Position numbers and translations under genes: made by a program. This document shows, one piece after another, positions 8,509 through 17,345 of a stretch of DNA of 64,000 nucleotides. Below the pieces are notes generated by a model. It was not told where the DNA came from. It was given only the letters and a program-made list of their open reading frames with translations, and ran no database searches. The stretch is from a virus. The stretch covers positions 32,001-96,000 of the IMG/VR virus record IMGVR_UViG_3300016457_000282; one strand, written 5' to 3'. Numbering within the stretch: the first letter of the stretch is position 1; the number at the start of each line of letters is the position of its first letter.

Positions 8509-9777
8509 TTAAGCGCACCTATACACAACATTATCGTTAAGAGTCAAAACCGATCTATCACTAAAGTACTTCCCAGTTTTTTGGTAGAAACTGTTCACTT
8601 CTTTCAGTTTACCTTCTCGAATTATCAGTACACTAGAAGGGAGTTCCTCTCCCAACTTGAACATTACCTTATCCCAGTCAAAATCTTTTTTTGTCTCGCC
8701 GAAGTACTTTTCAAGGAAGGAATGTGAGGTAGGTTCTTTGACCAGTACAATATCGTTCTTCAGTATCTTAGGAAAGACATGTCGTACTTCGACTCTCCTA
8801 TACCTTCCAGTTTTTAAGAGGATCTCTCCAATTTCTCTCAACTCAGACAGATCGACATTTCCTATCTCTTTATGTCGGAGGAAATACAGAATTGCAGCTG
8901 CACGGACGGTTAGGTTCTTATGCTTAAGTAACTCAGGTAGTTCCTCTGGCAACCTCTTTGGGATCCTCTCCCTCTTAATTACTGCCTTCTGAACCTCCTT
9001 CGCCCATGGTCTATCATCATACACAACACACCTACAATACTTCTCGTTTGTTAGGTGATACAACAGAGAGAAATCACCTGAATTGATTACAATCACTCGT
9101 GATCTCACGGGTATCCAAGAACTAACTACATCCTCGAGGTCTCTCCTTCCATTTAGATATCTATTTAGGTTATACAGGTGCCTCGTTCCTCCACTCTTCT
9201 CAAACACCCTCCTTGCCGCTTCCAAAATAGTACTACTCATAGTTCTTTTACTAGGGTCAAACCACATATACAATTCTCTTATACCATATCTATCTCTAGC
9301 CTCTTTCAGCACTTTCACCCAATGCTCAACCCTCTTAGTCTCGAACTCATCGTAATTGAACACTTCTGCTTCCCTTGGGACTATACCATACTTCCAACTA
9401 ACAATACTCGCAGGTAATTTATACTGATCACAAAACTCTAGGTATTTTTGAATCCTCCTACTATCCCAAAGTACCTCAGGAGTTGCTTTCACCACTTTAC
9501 GCTTGCTTTGCGAACATAAAGTTCCCGTTAAAACTTCTCTCTTACCTATCTCAGCTCCACTCTTCCTAACCATCTCAACACCCAACTCTCCTTCTCCCTT
9601 TTTAACACTCTTCACTCTCAACACTATTACCTCTTCTTTCCCCTTGAGCAAGTCAACATCCAACTCTACCTTCTCTCCTAACCTCCAATTTCCTCTAACC
9701 AAAACCCTTTTTACTCCTGGTATTTTGACCAAGCACACTTCCCCAATTTTCTTAGTTACCAAACCTACCGCCTTCAT
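8509..9777 (-). CDS. multi-domain protein: DUF6884-like domain plus degenerate SAM-methyltransferase-like domain
   Basis: CSQSKR..ATPEVLWDS..IVSWKYGIVP..NYD; RSRVIVINSGDFSLL..VVYDD. Confidence 0.45.
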   Translation of the reverse strand: MKAVGLVTKKIGEVCLVKIPGVKRVLVRGNWRLGEKVELDVDLLKGKEEVIVLRVKSVKKGEGELGVEMVRKSGAEIGKREVLTGTLCSQSKRKVVKATPEVLWDSRRIQKYLEFCDQYKLPASIVSWKYGIVPREAEVFNYDEFETKRVEHWVKVLKEARDRYGIRELYMWFDPSKRTMSSTILEAARRVFEKSGGTRHLYNLNRYLNGRRDLEDVVSSWIPVRSRVIVINSGDFSLLYHLTNEKYCRCVVYDDRPWAKEVQKAVIKRERIPKRLPEELPELLKHKNLTVRAAAILYFLRHKEIGNVDLSELREIGEILLKTGRYRRVEVRHVFPKILKNDIVLVKEPTSHSFLEKYFGETKKDFDWDKVMFKLGEELPSSVLIIREGKLKEVNSFYQKTGKYFSDRSVLTLNDNVVYRCA

Positions 9778-10517
9778 TTTTCCTCTCCTACTAAAGTAAT
9801 GTCATTCTTAAATTCATGTGCTCTTCTTACCTTCCAATACTTCCTCATCATCCTCTCAATCTCATCCACTTTAGGTACCGCCTTCTTGTAGCATTCCACA
9901 ATCACCTTCCTAACCCCCACCGCGCTCACTAACTTAAATAACCTCTCATGATGTTCTCTTACATTACTCTCATTCCACAATTCATACTCTACTTCTTTAC
10001 CTATTAACCAACTGTCCAACTTAGGAAAATTCTTAAAAACACTCTCCTTCGCCGACCTAAATACTTTAGGAGTATCTATATATACAACACTACCTCTTCC
10101 CACTCTCTTAACTTTCCTCAAAAACTCATCATAACTCCCTCTACTAACTACTAACCTTCCTCCTCTAACCCTATTCTCTCTTAACCTCCTTGCTATCTCT
10201 TCCATCTTATCCTTCTTCAACTTCCTATCGTACCCTTCACTAGGTACCCTTCTAACACTTTCTAGTACACTTACCACTCTCACTGCGGTGCCAAACCACT
10301 TCCCATCTCCAACCAACGCCCGCCCTATACTATACGACCACCATCCTATATCATTACTAATTACATGCAAACCTTTCCTAACCATTAAATGACTAATAGT
10401 ATAAGTACCTGCAAAAGGTTCTATAACCCTTCTTGTTCCTTTAACTTCCTTATCAATAACTTCTTCTATAGCTTTGATATACTTGTACTTACTTCCAATA
10501 GTATTGACATACCACAT
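9774..10517 (-). CDS. DNA adenine methyltransferase-like protein (D12 class) with atypical motif IV
   Basis: GSKYKY, IEPFAGTYTIS (motif I), ISNDI, and VYIDTPK in place of DPPY; AGGAG RBS. Confidence 0.6.
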   Translation of the reverse strand: MWYVNTIGSKYKYIKAIEEVIDKEVKGTRRVIEPFAGTYTISHLMVRKGLHVISNDIGWWSYSIGRALVGDGKWFGTAVRVVSVLESVRRVPSEGYDRKLKKDKMEEIARRLRENRVRGGRLVVSRGSYDEFLRKVKRVGRGSVVYIDTPKVFRSAKESVFKNFPKLDSWLIGKEVEYELWNESNVREHHERLFKLVSAVGVRKVIVECYKKAVPKVDEIERMMRKYWKVRRAHEFKNDITLVGEEK

Positions 10518-10794
10518 AATTAATTACTCCTTCTGATACAAGTTTTTTAGAGTTTACCTCCGATCTGTTCCCTTTTTCAAGAGTTCGTGATATACGACAC
10601 TTATCTAAGAAGAAGTAGATAAGAACTGAGATTGAGAAAAGAAGGGTATTAACAGTGAATAGGAACTCAAGGTAAAAGGCGCTTAAATTGGTACCTTAGT
10701 GAGGAACCTAAAATAGGAATAGGACCTAGATGGGAACCTAAATAGAACTTAAACAGTACTTAGTAAGAACCTACACGATAGGGACCTATATAAT

Positions 10795-11035
10795 GAAGGT
10801 TCATTTAACTGGGGATTCATATAGTAAGGACTTCATATATTAACGAGGTTCATATTAGTGAGGTTTATATTACAGAGGGTTTGTACAACAGGAGAGGAAG
10901 AGGGTTATATAGTAAGGACTCTATATAACAAGGTCTATGTAATAGGAGTTTACATAACAAAGGTTCATATAGTGAGGTTTATATTACAGAGGGTCTGTAC
11001 AACAGAGGAAGAGGGTTATATAGTAAGGACCCATA
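10795..11035. repeat. degenerate tandem repeat region including a ~72-bp direct duplication (10846-10920, 10961-11030)
   Basis: AGGTTCATAT(T)AGTGAGGTTTATATTACAGAGGGT(T/C)TGTACAACAG..GAGGAAGAGGGTTATATAGTAAGGAC twice; short GGTTCATATAG-like units repeat throughout. Confidence 0.7.
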
Positions 11036-11114
11036 CGAGTTAAATTCGCCTCCCCTATTATAATTTACCTAAAATTAAAACATCACTTAAACTTAAGAAA
11101 GGAGGAGGTAAATT

Positions 11115-11426
11115 ATGAAGAACTTGAAAATTTACAACCCTGACCTTAAACCCCAGGTCACCATCAAAACCCTGATCTCCCAGGTAAAAACCCAGAAACC
11201 ACAACGTACCTTGGGACACGTGTCCCTCTCCCGAACATACATTCGGGAAATAAAGAGAGAGGTTGGGACCGAAGAGTTCGGGACTCTCGGACCCACCACT
11301 GTGTACAAAGTGGTGGTGGAACTGATAAAACAGAGAAAACCTGACCTTCTTCCCCGGATTAAAGAAGAGGTAGGGGAAGAAAGGTTTAAAAGGGAGGTAT
11401 TCAACCTCTACTACAGGGAAAAGTAG
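11115..11426 (+). CDS. hypothetical protein, paralog of 13049-13387
   Basis: Strong RBS AAGGAGGAGG; NPDL..LGHVS..EVG.EE..TLGP shared with the paralog. Confidence 0.8.
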   Translation: MKNLKIYNPDLKPQVTIKTLISQVKTQKPQRTLGHVSLSRTYIREIKREVGTEEFGTLGPTTVYKVVVELIKQRKPDLLPRIKEEVGEERFKREVFNLYYREK

Positions 11427-11628
11427 TAGAGGTTGAAGGTAAGGTAAGGAGAGTCCTGTAAACCCTCTTTACACACAAAGGTCCGTTAAGGCCCGATCCG
11501 TAACGGGTACGGACGGTCGGGAGCTACACTGACGGACCTTCAAAACCAACCCGAACCTACTGTAATGAGGTTACAAGGTCACAAAGGACTGAACATCCTT
11601 TGTGACCGTCCTAAATACCTTAACGACA

Positions 11629-11710
11629 CGGGCCATGATGGCCCGGTCAGGAATTGTAATGATTTCAGTAGATTACCCTGAAAAACTCGTAAATTTCGGG
11701 GGCAAAAAAG
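11629..11710 (+). repeat. composite repeat copy 1: palindrome CGGGCCATGATGGCCCG + TTGTAATGATTTCA..GATTA box
   Basis: Seen directly; other copies at 12388, 14268, 14585 and 15476. Confidence 0.8.
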
Positions 11711-11747
11711 TCGTTGAGGTATTTAGGGCAACCGGCCCAGAAAGGAG

Positions 11748-12251
11748 GTGAGAAAAGTGAATATTAAGGAGCTCCTTCAACAGGCTCGTGCTCAGAGTCG
11801 ACGGAAGAGAGGTCGTGGTCACCGTCCTGTGATAAGTGACCGTAAGGCCTCCAAACCTAAGGCTCTGTTGGGCACGAAACTTAAGAGGAATGAGTGGGAA
11901 TGGCTTCCGTACCACTCTCCATCAGCATGGATGGCGGAGTGGTCAGCTAACCTACAGTATCAAGAAGAGGTACGTAGGTTAGAAGAGAAGACCACTCCTG
12001 CTCCAGAAGGCTCCTTAAGGGATCTCCTAACTAAAGCGAAGGCCTCGGTTAAGAGAGGGAGACCTCGTAAGCAGAGGCCGGAGTTGGTTAGGGACCCGGA
12101 GATTCAGACCGGATACGGATTAAAACTCCTCGAGTTAGAGGAGAAATACCCGGTTAATCCGTATTATTGGAACGATTCTCCAGGTGATCCTAGAGAGATT
12201 CCTTGGGGAGATTTGGATGACCTGGCCCGGTTGGTAGATAAGTTACTGTAG
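11748..12251 (+). CDS. hypothetical basic protein
   Basis: AAAGGAGG then GTG; degraded paralog at 16857-17326. Confidence 0.75.
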   Translation: MRKVNIKELLQQARAQSRRKRGRGHRPVISDRKASKPKALLGTKLKRNEWEWLPYHSPSAWMAEWSANLQYQEEVRRLEEKTTPAPEGSLRDLLTKAKASVKRGRPRKQRPELVRDPEIQTGYGLKLLELEEKYPVNPYYWNDSPGDPREIPWGDLDDLARLVDKLL

Positions 12252-12387
12252 TACCACGGGTTTAGGTCAGGTAACAAGAACCGGGTTCTTAAAAGGGACC
12301 TTGGGATCCCTCCGTCTGCTTTGTTAAAGGAAAGGGAAGGTTAGTTTGGTTCATCTGCCGGGGGTTGTCTCAGAAAGTAGTGACAGA

Positions 12388-12470
12388 CGGGCCACCATGG
12401 CCCGGTCAGGAGTTGTAATGATTTCAATAGGTTAACTTAGAAAAGTAGGAATTTTTTGAGGCAAAAAATG
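12388..12470 (+). repeat. composite repeat copy 2 (palindrome + box)
   Basis: CGGGCCACCATGGCCCGGTCAGGAGTTGTAATGATTTCAATAGGTTAACTTAGAAAAGTAGGAATTTT. Confidence 0.8.
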
Positions 12471-12572
12471 AGGACAGGTTAGGTCATATTTTTTTATTTA
12501 CATATAATTTTATCTAAAATTTTTTTAAAATTTTGCGTGAATCCTGTAAAAAAGAGAAAAGGGGGCAGAAAA

Positions 12573-12947
12573 ATGGAAAAAAAGGAGAAAATTTTGAACC
12601 TAACACAACATCCAGCCACGTCGGATCAGATTGAAGCAGGAGTAATTGAACCGAAGGATAAAGAGAAGGTAAGAGAGTTGCTAACGTTTAATGAACTCCC
12701 GTCTTATGAAGAAGTGATGTCTAAAGCACAGGCTCTAGCCGACATTGCCGTTGAACACGGAGTTACAAAAGCGATGATTGGAGGAGCCTTGTTCTTCATG
12801 ACTCCGTTGGCGGCAATATTGCGGTGTAGAGGAGTAACACCGCTTTTCTCTTTCACAAAGAGAATGGTTGAAGAAAAGGTGCTTGAAGATGGTACAGTTG
12901 AGAAGAAAGCTGTCTTCAAGCATGAAGGGTGGATTGTGGCCTTTTAA
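12573..12947 (+). CDS. conserved hypothetical protein, possibly Csx20-like
   Basis: ILNLTQH..LLTF..LP..AMIGG..GVTPLFSFTKR..E..DGTVEKKAVFKH; ATG 12573 follows a GGGGG RBS. Confidence 0.5.
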   Translation: MEKKEKILNLTQHPATSDQIEAGVIEPKDKEKVRELLTFNELPSYEEVMSKAQALADIAVEHGVTKAMIGGALFFMTPLAAILRCRGVTPLFSFTKRMVEEKVLEDGTVEKKAVFKHEGWIVAF

Positions 12948-13048
12948 GAGAAAAGGAGGTGATGGTCGAGTTACATTTTCTTATTTATAAATAAAATTTT
13001 TATAATTTTAAACGTTAACCGGTAAAAAAGAAGAAAGGAGGAGAAAAA

Positions 13049-13387
13049 ATGGAAAAAGTGACAGTTATCCACAATCCCGATCTTCAGAAAAGAGAGGAAC
13101 AGGTATCCTTGAGGGACTTATTGACCCAAGCCCGTCAGAGGAAGAAAGGACAATCGGCCGGCCTAGGACACATATCCTTTGCCAGGGAAACCTTACGGAC
13201 AATTAAGAAGGAAGTAGGTCAAGAAGAGTATGAGACATTAGGACCAGGAGCGGCCTTCTATGTGGTATGTAAGCTAATGGAACAGAAGAAGCCCGATCTG
13301 TACAAGAAGGTAATGTCCCAAGTTGGAAAGACATTGTATAGGTCGGAAGTCGGTCAATTATACTACAGAGTAAGAGATGAGAAATAG
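13049..13387 (+). CDS. hypothetical protein, paralog of 11115-11426
   Basis: AGGAGGAG RBS; motifs shared with the paralog. Confidence 0.8.
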   Translation: MEKVTVIHNPDLQKREEQVSLRDLLTQARQRKKGQSAGLGHISFARETLRTIKKEVGQEEYETLGPGAAFYVVCKLMEQKKPDLYKKVMSQVGKTLYRSEVGQLYYRVRDEK

Positions 13388-13401
13388 CGAACCTTAAGTT
13401 G

Positions 13402-13431
13402 ATAAGGGACCCTTTTGTTAGGGTCCCTTAT
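13402..13431. terminator. perfect 12-bp stem hairpin (terminator-like)
   Basis: ATAAGGGACCCT-tttgtt-AGGGTCCCTTAT just after the stop of 13049-13387. Confidence 0.6.
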
Positions 13432-13636
13432 GTTAATAACCACTTAGGAAAAGGAGGTAGAGTAATGAGAGAAGTACAGGTATAGTGTAACACGTGTAAG
13501 GAATGGCATACCATACATAACTGGAATACAGTTTCAGAACTCAATAATTGGTCCTGTTCTCTCGACTTCAACACAATCAAAACCGTCTTTGTGACCGAAA
13601 CGAAGAGTGGTTCACTGAGACAAGAAAGGAGGTAGT

Positions 13637-14116
13637 ATGGCCAAGAGAGGCGCGGTTAGGATACTAAACGAGAAAAGAAAGAGACAGTTCAATAAGTACT
13701 GGGATTGGGATTGGACGGACCAGTTCAGATGGTGCCGTCCTAAAGTATATGCCCAATCTTTGAGAGAGAAGTTAGAGGAAATACAACCAAAGACACACAA
13801 GGAAAAGATAAGGTTAGATATTGCTAAAGGGTTCCTTAGAATTGCTGCGGAAGGACTGTCCAACGAAGTACAAGGACAACCATATGATGTGTGGGATACA
13901 ATACTAGAAGCTCTAGGGTTCACTGCAGAACATAAGAAAGTACTAATCACAGAGTTCAGTGACCGTACAGGAGAGTACAATCCTAAGTACGATCTGTTCG
14001 AGCTAGACTGGAACGCGATTAGAGAAGGTAACGGATTGGTACTATGTGGTGCTAAGACAATGAAGGTACGATGGGAAGTGCTTCATAGATGGGTAGCTCA
14101 TTTGTTAAGTGAGTAA
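13637..14116 (+). CDS. hypothetical protein
   Basis: AAAGGAGG RBS; 159 aa. Confidence 0.75.
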   Translation: MAKRGAVRILNEKRKRQFNKYWDWDWTDQFRWCRPKVYAQSLREKLEEIQPKTHKEKIRLDIAKGFLRIAAEGLSNEVQGQPYDVWDTILEALGFTAEHKKVLITEFSDRTGEYNPKYDLFELDWNAIREGNGLVLCGAKTMKVRWEVLHRWVAHLLSE

Positions 14117-14267
14117 CCGAACTGATTTTGAGTAAGTACTTACTCTTACATTAGTTAGGTACCGATTGTACTTGTCATATACTCTGAGAAAGGTACTAAT
14201 CAGACAAGTAAGTATTTAGTCAAAATTGGTTCGGTTTGAATAACAAACATACATTTTTTGAGCCAAA

Positions 14268-14350
14268 CGGGCCATGATGGCCCGTGTCTGAGTTGTAATA
14301 ATTTCAACGAGTTAGCTTAGAAAAGTAGGAATTTTTGAGGACAAAAATGA
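14268..14350 (+). repeat. composite repeat copy 3 (palindrome + box)
   Basis: CGGGCCATGATGGCCCGTGTCTGAGTTGTAATAATTTCAACGAGTTAGCTTAGAAAAGTAGGAATTTT. Confidence 0.8.
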
Positions 14351-14502
14351 AGTACGGTTCGCAACAGTCTACTAAAATTTATAGTTTTACATAGTAGAAC
14401 CTTACAAAAAAGACAAAACAGCAAGTTTTTGTATAAGAAACTGAGGAAATTTTATCTATGTACAACCGAGCTTCTTTAATTTTTTCACAAGTACCGAAAA
14501 AT

Positions 14503-14579
14503 AAAATCTCAATTTTACTATGTAAAACCTAACATTTTTGACTTTTTCACGCGGTTTTGCATAGTAAAATTGAGATTTT
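14503..14579. repeat. 27-bp inverted repeat
   Basis: AAAATCTCAATTTTACTATGTAAAACC ... GGTTTTGCATAGTAAAATTGAGATTTT (1 mismatch). Confidence 0.75.
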
Positions 14580-14580
14580 T

Positions 14581-14605
14581 CAAACGGGCCATCATGGCCC
14601 GTTTG
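14581..14605. repeat. palindrome copy 4 (parS-like)
   Basis: CAAACGGGCCATCATGGCCCGTTTG directly downstream of the ParB-like gene. Confidence 0.8.
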
Positions 14606-14614
14606 GTTGAGTTA

Positions 14615-15307
14615 CTATGACTGTACTACAGTAGATACAACTCTTATTAGTTCAGGATTTGACAGTTGCATCAACATTGTCTTCCATTGAGGTCCAGCAA
14701 CTTGATGAACTGTCCTAACCAAAGTACACACTGTCTCTGCCAGTTCTTTAGGTTTACAACCAAGTTCCTGTGCAAGTCTTTTAATACGACACTTCTGTTC
14801 ACTTGACTTAACCTGTCCTCTCTGTTTCAAGTACACATACTTAGAGATTGTCTCTTTACTTAACTGCAGACCATACTTCTCTTTCAACACCACACAGAAC
14901 TCTTCAAAAGACAGATCAGAGTGTACTTTTCGTAATCTTTTTACCAACTGTCTCTTACTTATCTGTCGACCTCTCTTTTCCTGCAAATTGAGCTTCAATC
15001 CTAATTCTACTAACTCTTCCTCATTCCTCACTTGAACCTCTTCTAATTCCAAATCCAAACCTAACTCCACTGCGATCTGAACTCTATGTACACCATCTAA
15101 CACTACATACCTTTTGACTTTCTTGTCACTGAACAGTACTACTCTCAAAGGTTTTGTTAATCCTTCCATCTTAAGAACTTCTCTGAGGTCCTCAATATCT
15201 GCTTTGGTAAGGTTAGGTAGTAGTCTTTGTAGAGGTTTGTAAGCATAGAACACTTTATCACTAACCTTTGTGATCCGTTTGAGTTGTTTTCGATCAACTT
15301 CTAACAT
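14615..15307 (-). CDS. ParB/Srx N-terminal domain protein
   Basis: EGLTKPLRV..YVVLDGVHRVQIA..LNLQEKRGR ParB-like motifs; AAAGGAGG RBS. Confidence 0.75.
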   Translation of the reverse strand: MLEVDRKQLKRITKVSDKVFYAYKPLQRLLPNLTKADIEDLREVLKMEGLTKPLRVVLFSDKKVKRYVVLDGVHRVQIAVELGLDLELEEVQVRNEEELVELGLKLNLQEKRGRQISKRQLVKRLRKVHSDLSFEEFCVVLKEKYGLQLSKETISKYVYLKQRGQVKSSEQKCRIKRLAQELGCKPKELAETVCTLVRTVHQVAGPQWKTMLMQLSNPELIRVVSTVVQS

Positions 15308-15439
15308 GATAACCTCCTTTTTTGTTAGTTTTGTCAGTAATTATACTTCAAACTTGACAAAAACACTACTAAAACGCGCAAATTGTCGTATCTGACAGAT
15401 ACCTGCATTCATTTTTGTCTACAAAAAATTCTGTATTTT

Positions 15440-15492
15440 CTCAGCTAACTTATTGAAATCATTACAACTCAGGAACGGGCCATCATGGCCCG
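15440..15492 (-). repeat. composite repeat copy 5 (inverted orientation)
   Basis: TAACTTATTGAAATCATTACAACTCAGGAACGGGCCATCATGGCCCG is the reverse complement of the copy 1-3 layout. Confidence 0.8.
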
Positions 15493-15685
15493 TCTAAGGA
15501 AAAAATTTCCAGCAAAACAAAGCGTAGAATAGCAAATAATAATCTAAATGACAGACTCTTACTGCCGGGGGTTGTCTCAAGGAACTAAACTACGTTAAGT
15601 ACCTCACAAAACACCCCCTTAGGAACTGAACCCGGGGCGGTTGAGTTACAATAACAGGAGTAAGTACCCCATATCTAAAAAATTT

Positions 15686-15865
15686 AAAAATCGGAGAATG
15701 ACTTTTAGTACACTCTCATTAAAAGAGGAGAATGACTTTAGTACACTCTCATTAAAAGAGGAGAATGACTTTAGTACACTCTCATTTATAAAAATCGGAG
15801 AATGACTTTTAGTACTCTCTCATTTAAAATCGGAGAATGACTTTTAGTACTCTCTCATTTAAAAA
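15686..15865. repeat. five tandem 33-37 bp iteron-like repeats (candidate origin or operator array)
   Basis: GGAGAATGACTTT(T)AGTAC(A/T)CTCTCATT at 15693, 15727, 15760, 15797 and 15832 in AT-rich context. Confidence 0.85.
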
Positions 15866-15984
15866 TTTGAAGAGTGAATCCGATACTCTTAATTTTGAAA
15901 AAACGAAAACGAACCTAGTACTCTGTATTTAAAAAAGTAAATCATAAGAGAGATTAGTTAGAACAAGAAAAGAGGCGATATATC

Positions 15985-16329
15985 ATGTTAATAGGTCTAC
16001 GCCGATTCGGCGAAGGTTCAGATCGAGATGTAACAGAAGTTGAAGCTAAGGAGATTTTGGTAACAGTAGAAGGACAAGGTTTGTGTGCAATTGAGGAACT
16101 GGGCGTTGTAGATCTGTGCACGTTGAAGCAACTAGAGGAAAGTTCGTTTTGTTGCATTCCTTCTCTGACTGGAGAGATTGAGTTGTTGATTGTACCGTTG
16201 AGAATGCTTGTTAAGTTAGGTTTACGTGAGGAGACTGAATTGGATGATAGTACTTCGTGTGCGCTTCTTGCGAGAATGAAGAGTGAAGACGAGTTTCATG
16301 TGTACGAACTTTCACTTATGTTTGAGTAA
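15985..16329 (+). CDS. hypothetical protein
   Basis: GAGG RBS; co-oriented with the downstream gene cluster. Confidence 0.6.
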   Translation: MLIGLRRFGEGSDRDVTEVEAKEILVTVEGQGLCAIEELGVVDLCTLKQLEESSFCCIPSLTGEIELLIVPLRMLVKLGLREETELDDSTSCALLARMKSEDEFHVYELSLMFE

Positions 16330-16355
16330 CAGTTAAGTTAGAAGGGTTAGTAATT

Positions 16356-16766
16356 ATGATTGTTAAAGTACATGCAGGATCAGGTAAGTGTGGTTGTATT
16401 GTATGTCCGAATTGCGGAGCACATGAGTTGCTTAATTGCCAATTTAAAGATGTACTATCTGCGGAAAAGTGGCGATGGCAGATACGACCTTTTAAAGTTG
16501 ATAATTGGTCACATTGTTTAGTATGTGGTTGTTGGTTCAATTTGGAAGGTAAAGTACAAGGCAATCGAAAAGTTCCTTCAGCTACTGTTATTTTCTCTAA
16601 AGCAAGAGAGTATGTAAAGAGTAACTTTTCTGAGGTTAGTGATCGTACTAAGTTGCGCAAGTTTGTGGAAATCTGTCGAGCGAATCAGTTGACAATGGAG
16701 CACTGGTCGGATCAATTAAGTGACAAACAAGTTAACTTAATGGTTCAGGGTTATGAATTAGTGTGA
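16356..16766 (+). CDS. Zn-ribbon-containing hypothetical protein
   Basis: CPNC...CLVC. Confidence 0.65.
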   Translation: MIVKVHAGSGKCGCIVCPNCGAHELLNCQFKDVLSAEKWRWQIRPFKVDNWSHCLVCGCWFNLEGKVQGNRKVPSATVIFSKAREYVKSNFSEVSDRTKLRKFVEICRANQLTMEHWSDQLSDKQVNLMVQGYELV

Positions 16767-16856
16767 GCTGAACAGATTTTCTCGCAAAATATGACTAACT
16801 GTAAAGTAACATTTTTTTAATTTTTAAAAATTTTTTAATTTTTTTTTCGAAGTACT

Positions 16857-17326
16857 ATGCTGAGCGAGTTAAAGGATTTGTTAGAAAAAGTGAAGCGAGA
16901 GCAACAGAGAAAAAGAAAGGAAAGAGGTATACTTCGTATATTAGTACTAACAAAGCTAGTAAACCTAAAGCTTTACTAAGTACGAAGTTGACTCGGTATG
17001 AATGGGAATGGTTACCTTATCGTTCTCTATCAGCGCGGATGACAGAGTGGTCAGCAGAAAGTAATCAGAAAAAAGAGAGAAGATAAAGAAGAATAGTGCA
17101 CTGACAGATTTGTTGTTGACAGCAAAGAGTGAAGTTAAGAGAGGACGACTGAGGAGAAAGAAATCTGAGTTAGTTAGAGATCCTAAAGTCCAAACCGAGT
17201 ATGAGTTGAAGTTGTTTGAATTAGAAGAGAAGTACTCGTCAATCTGTACTATTGGAACGACTCTCTTGGAAATCCTAGAGAGATTCCTCAAGGAGATTTG
17301 AATGATTTAGCGAGATTGATAGATTA
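16857..17326 (+). pseudogene. frameshifted paralog of 11748-12251
   Basis: VKRGR..ELVRDPKVQT..ELEEKY, then in a shifted frame NLYYWNDSLGNPREIPQGDLNDLARLID*, matching the paralog C-terminus. Confidence 0.75.
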
Positions 17327-17345
17327 ATGTAGAAAGGAGGCTATC

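Noticed and set aside
10858-11043. 61-aa ORF with an internal repeat
   Set aside because: It is a translation of the non-coding direct repeat; no RBS.
15686-15865. CRISPR array
   Set aside because: Repeats are separated only by 5-10 nt A-rich linkers, with no unique ~30-nt spacers.
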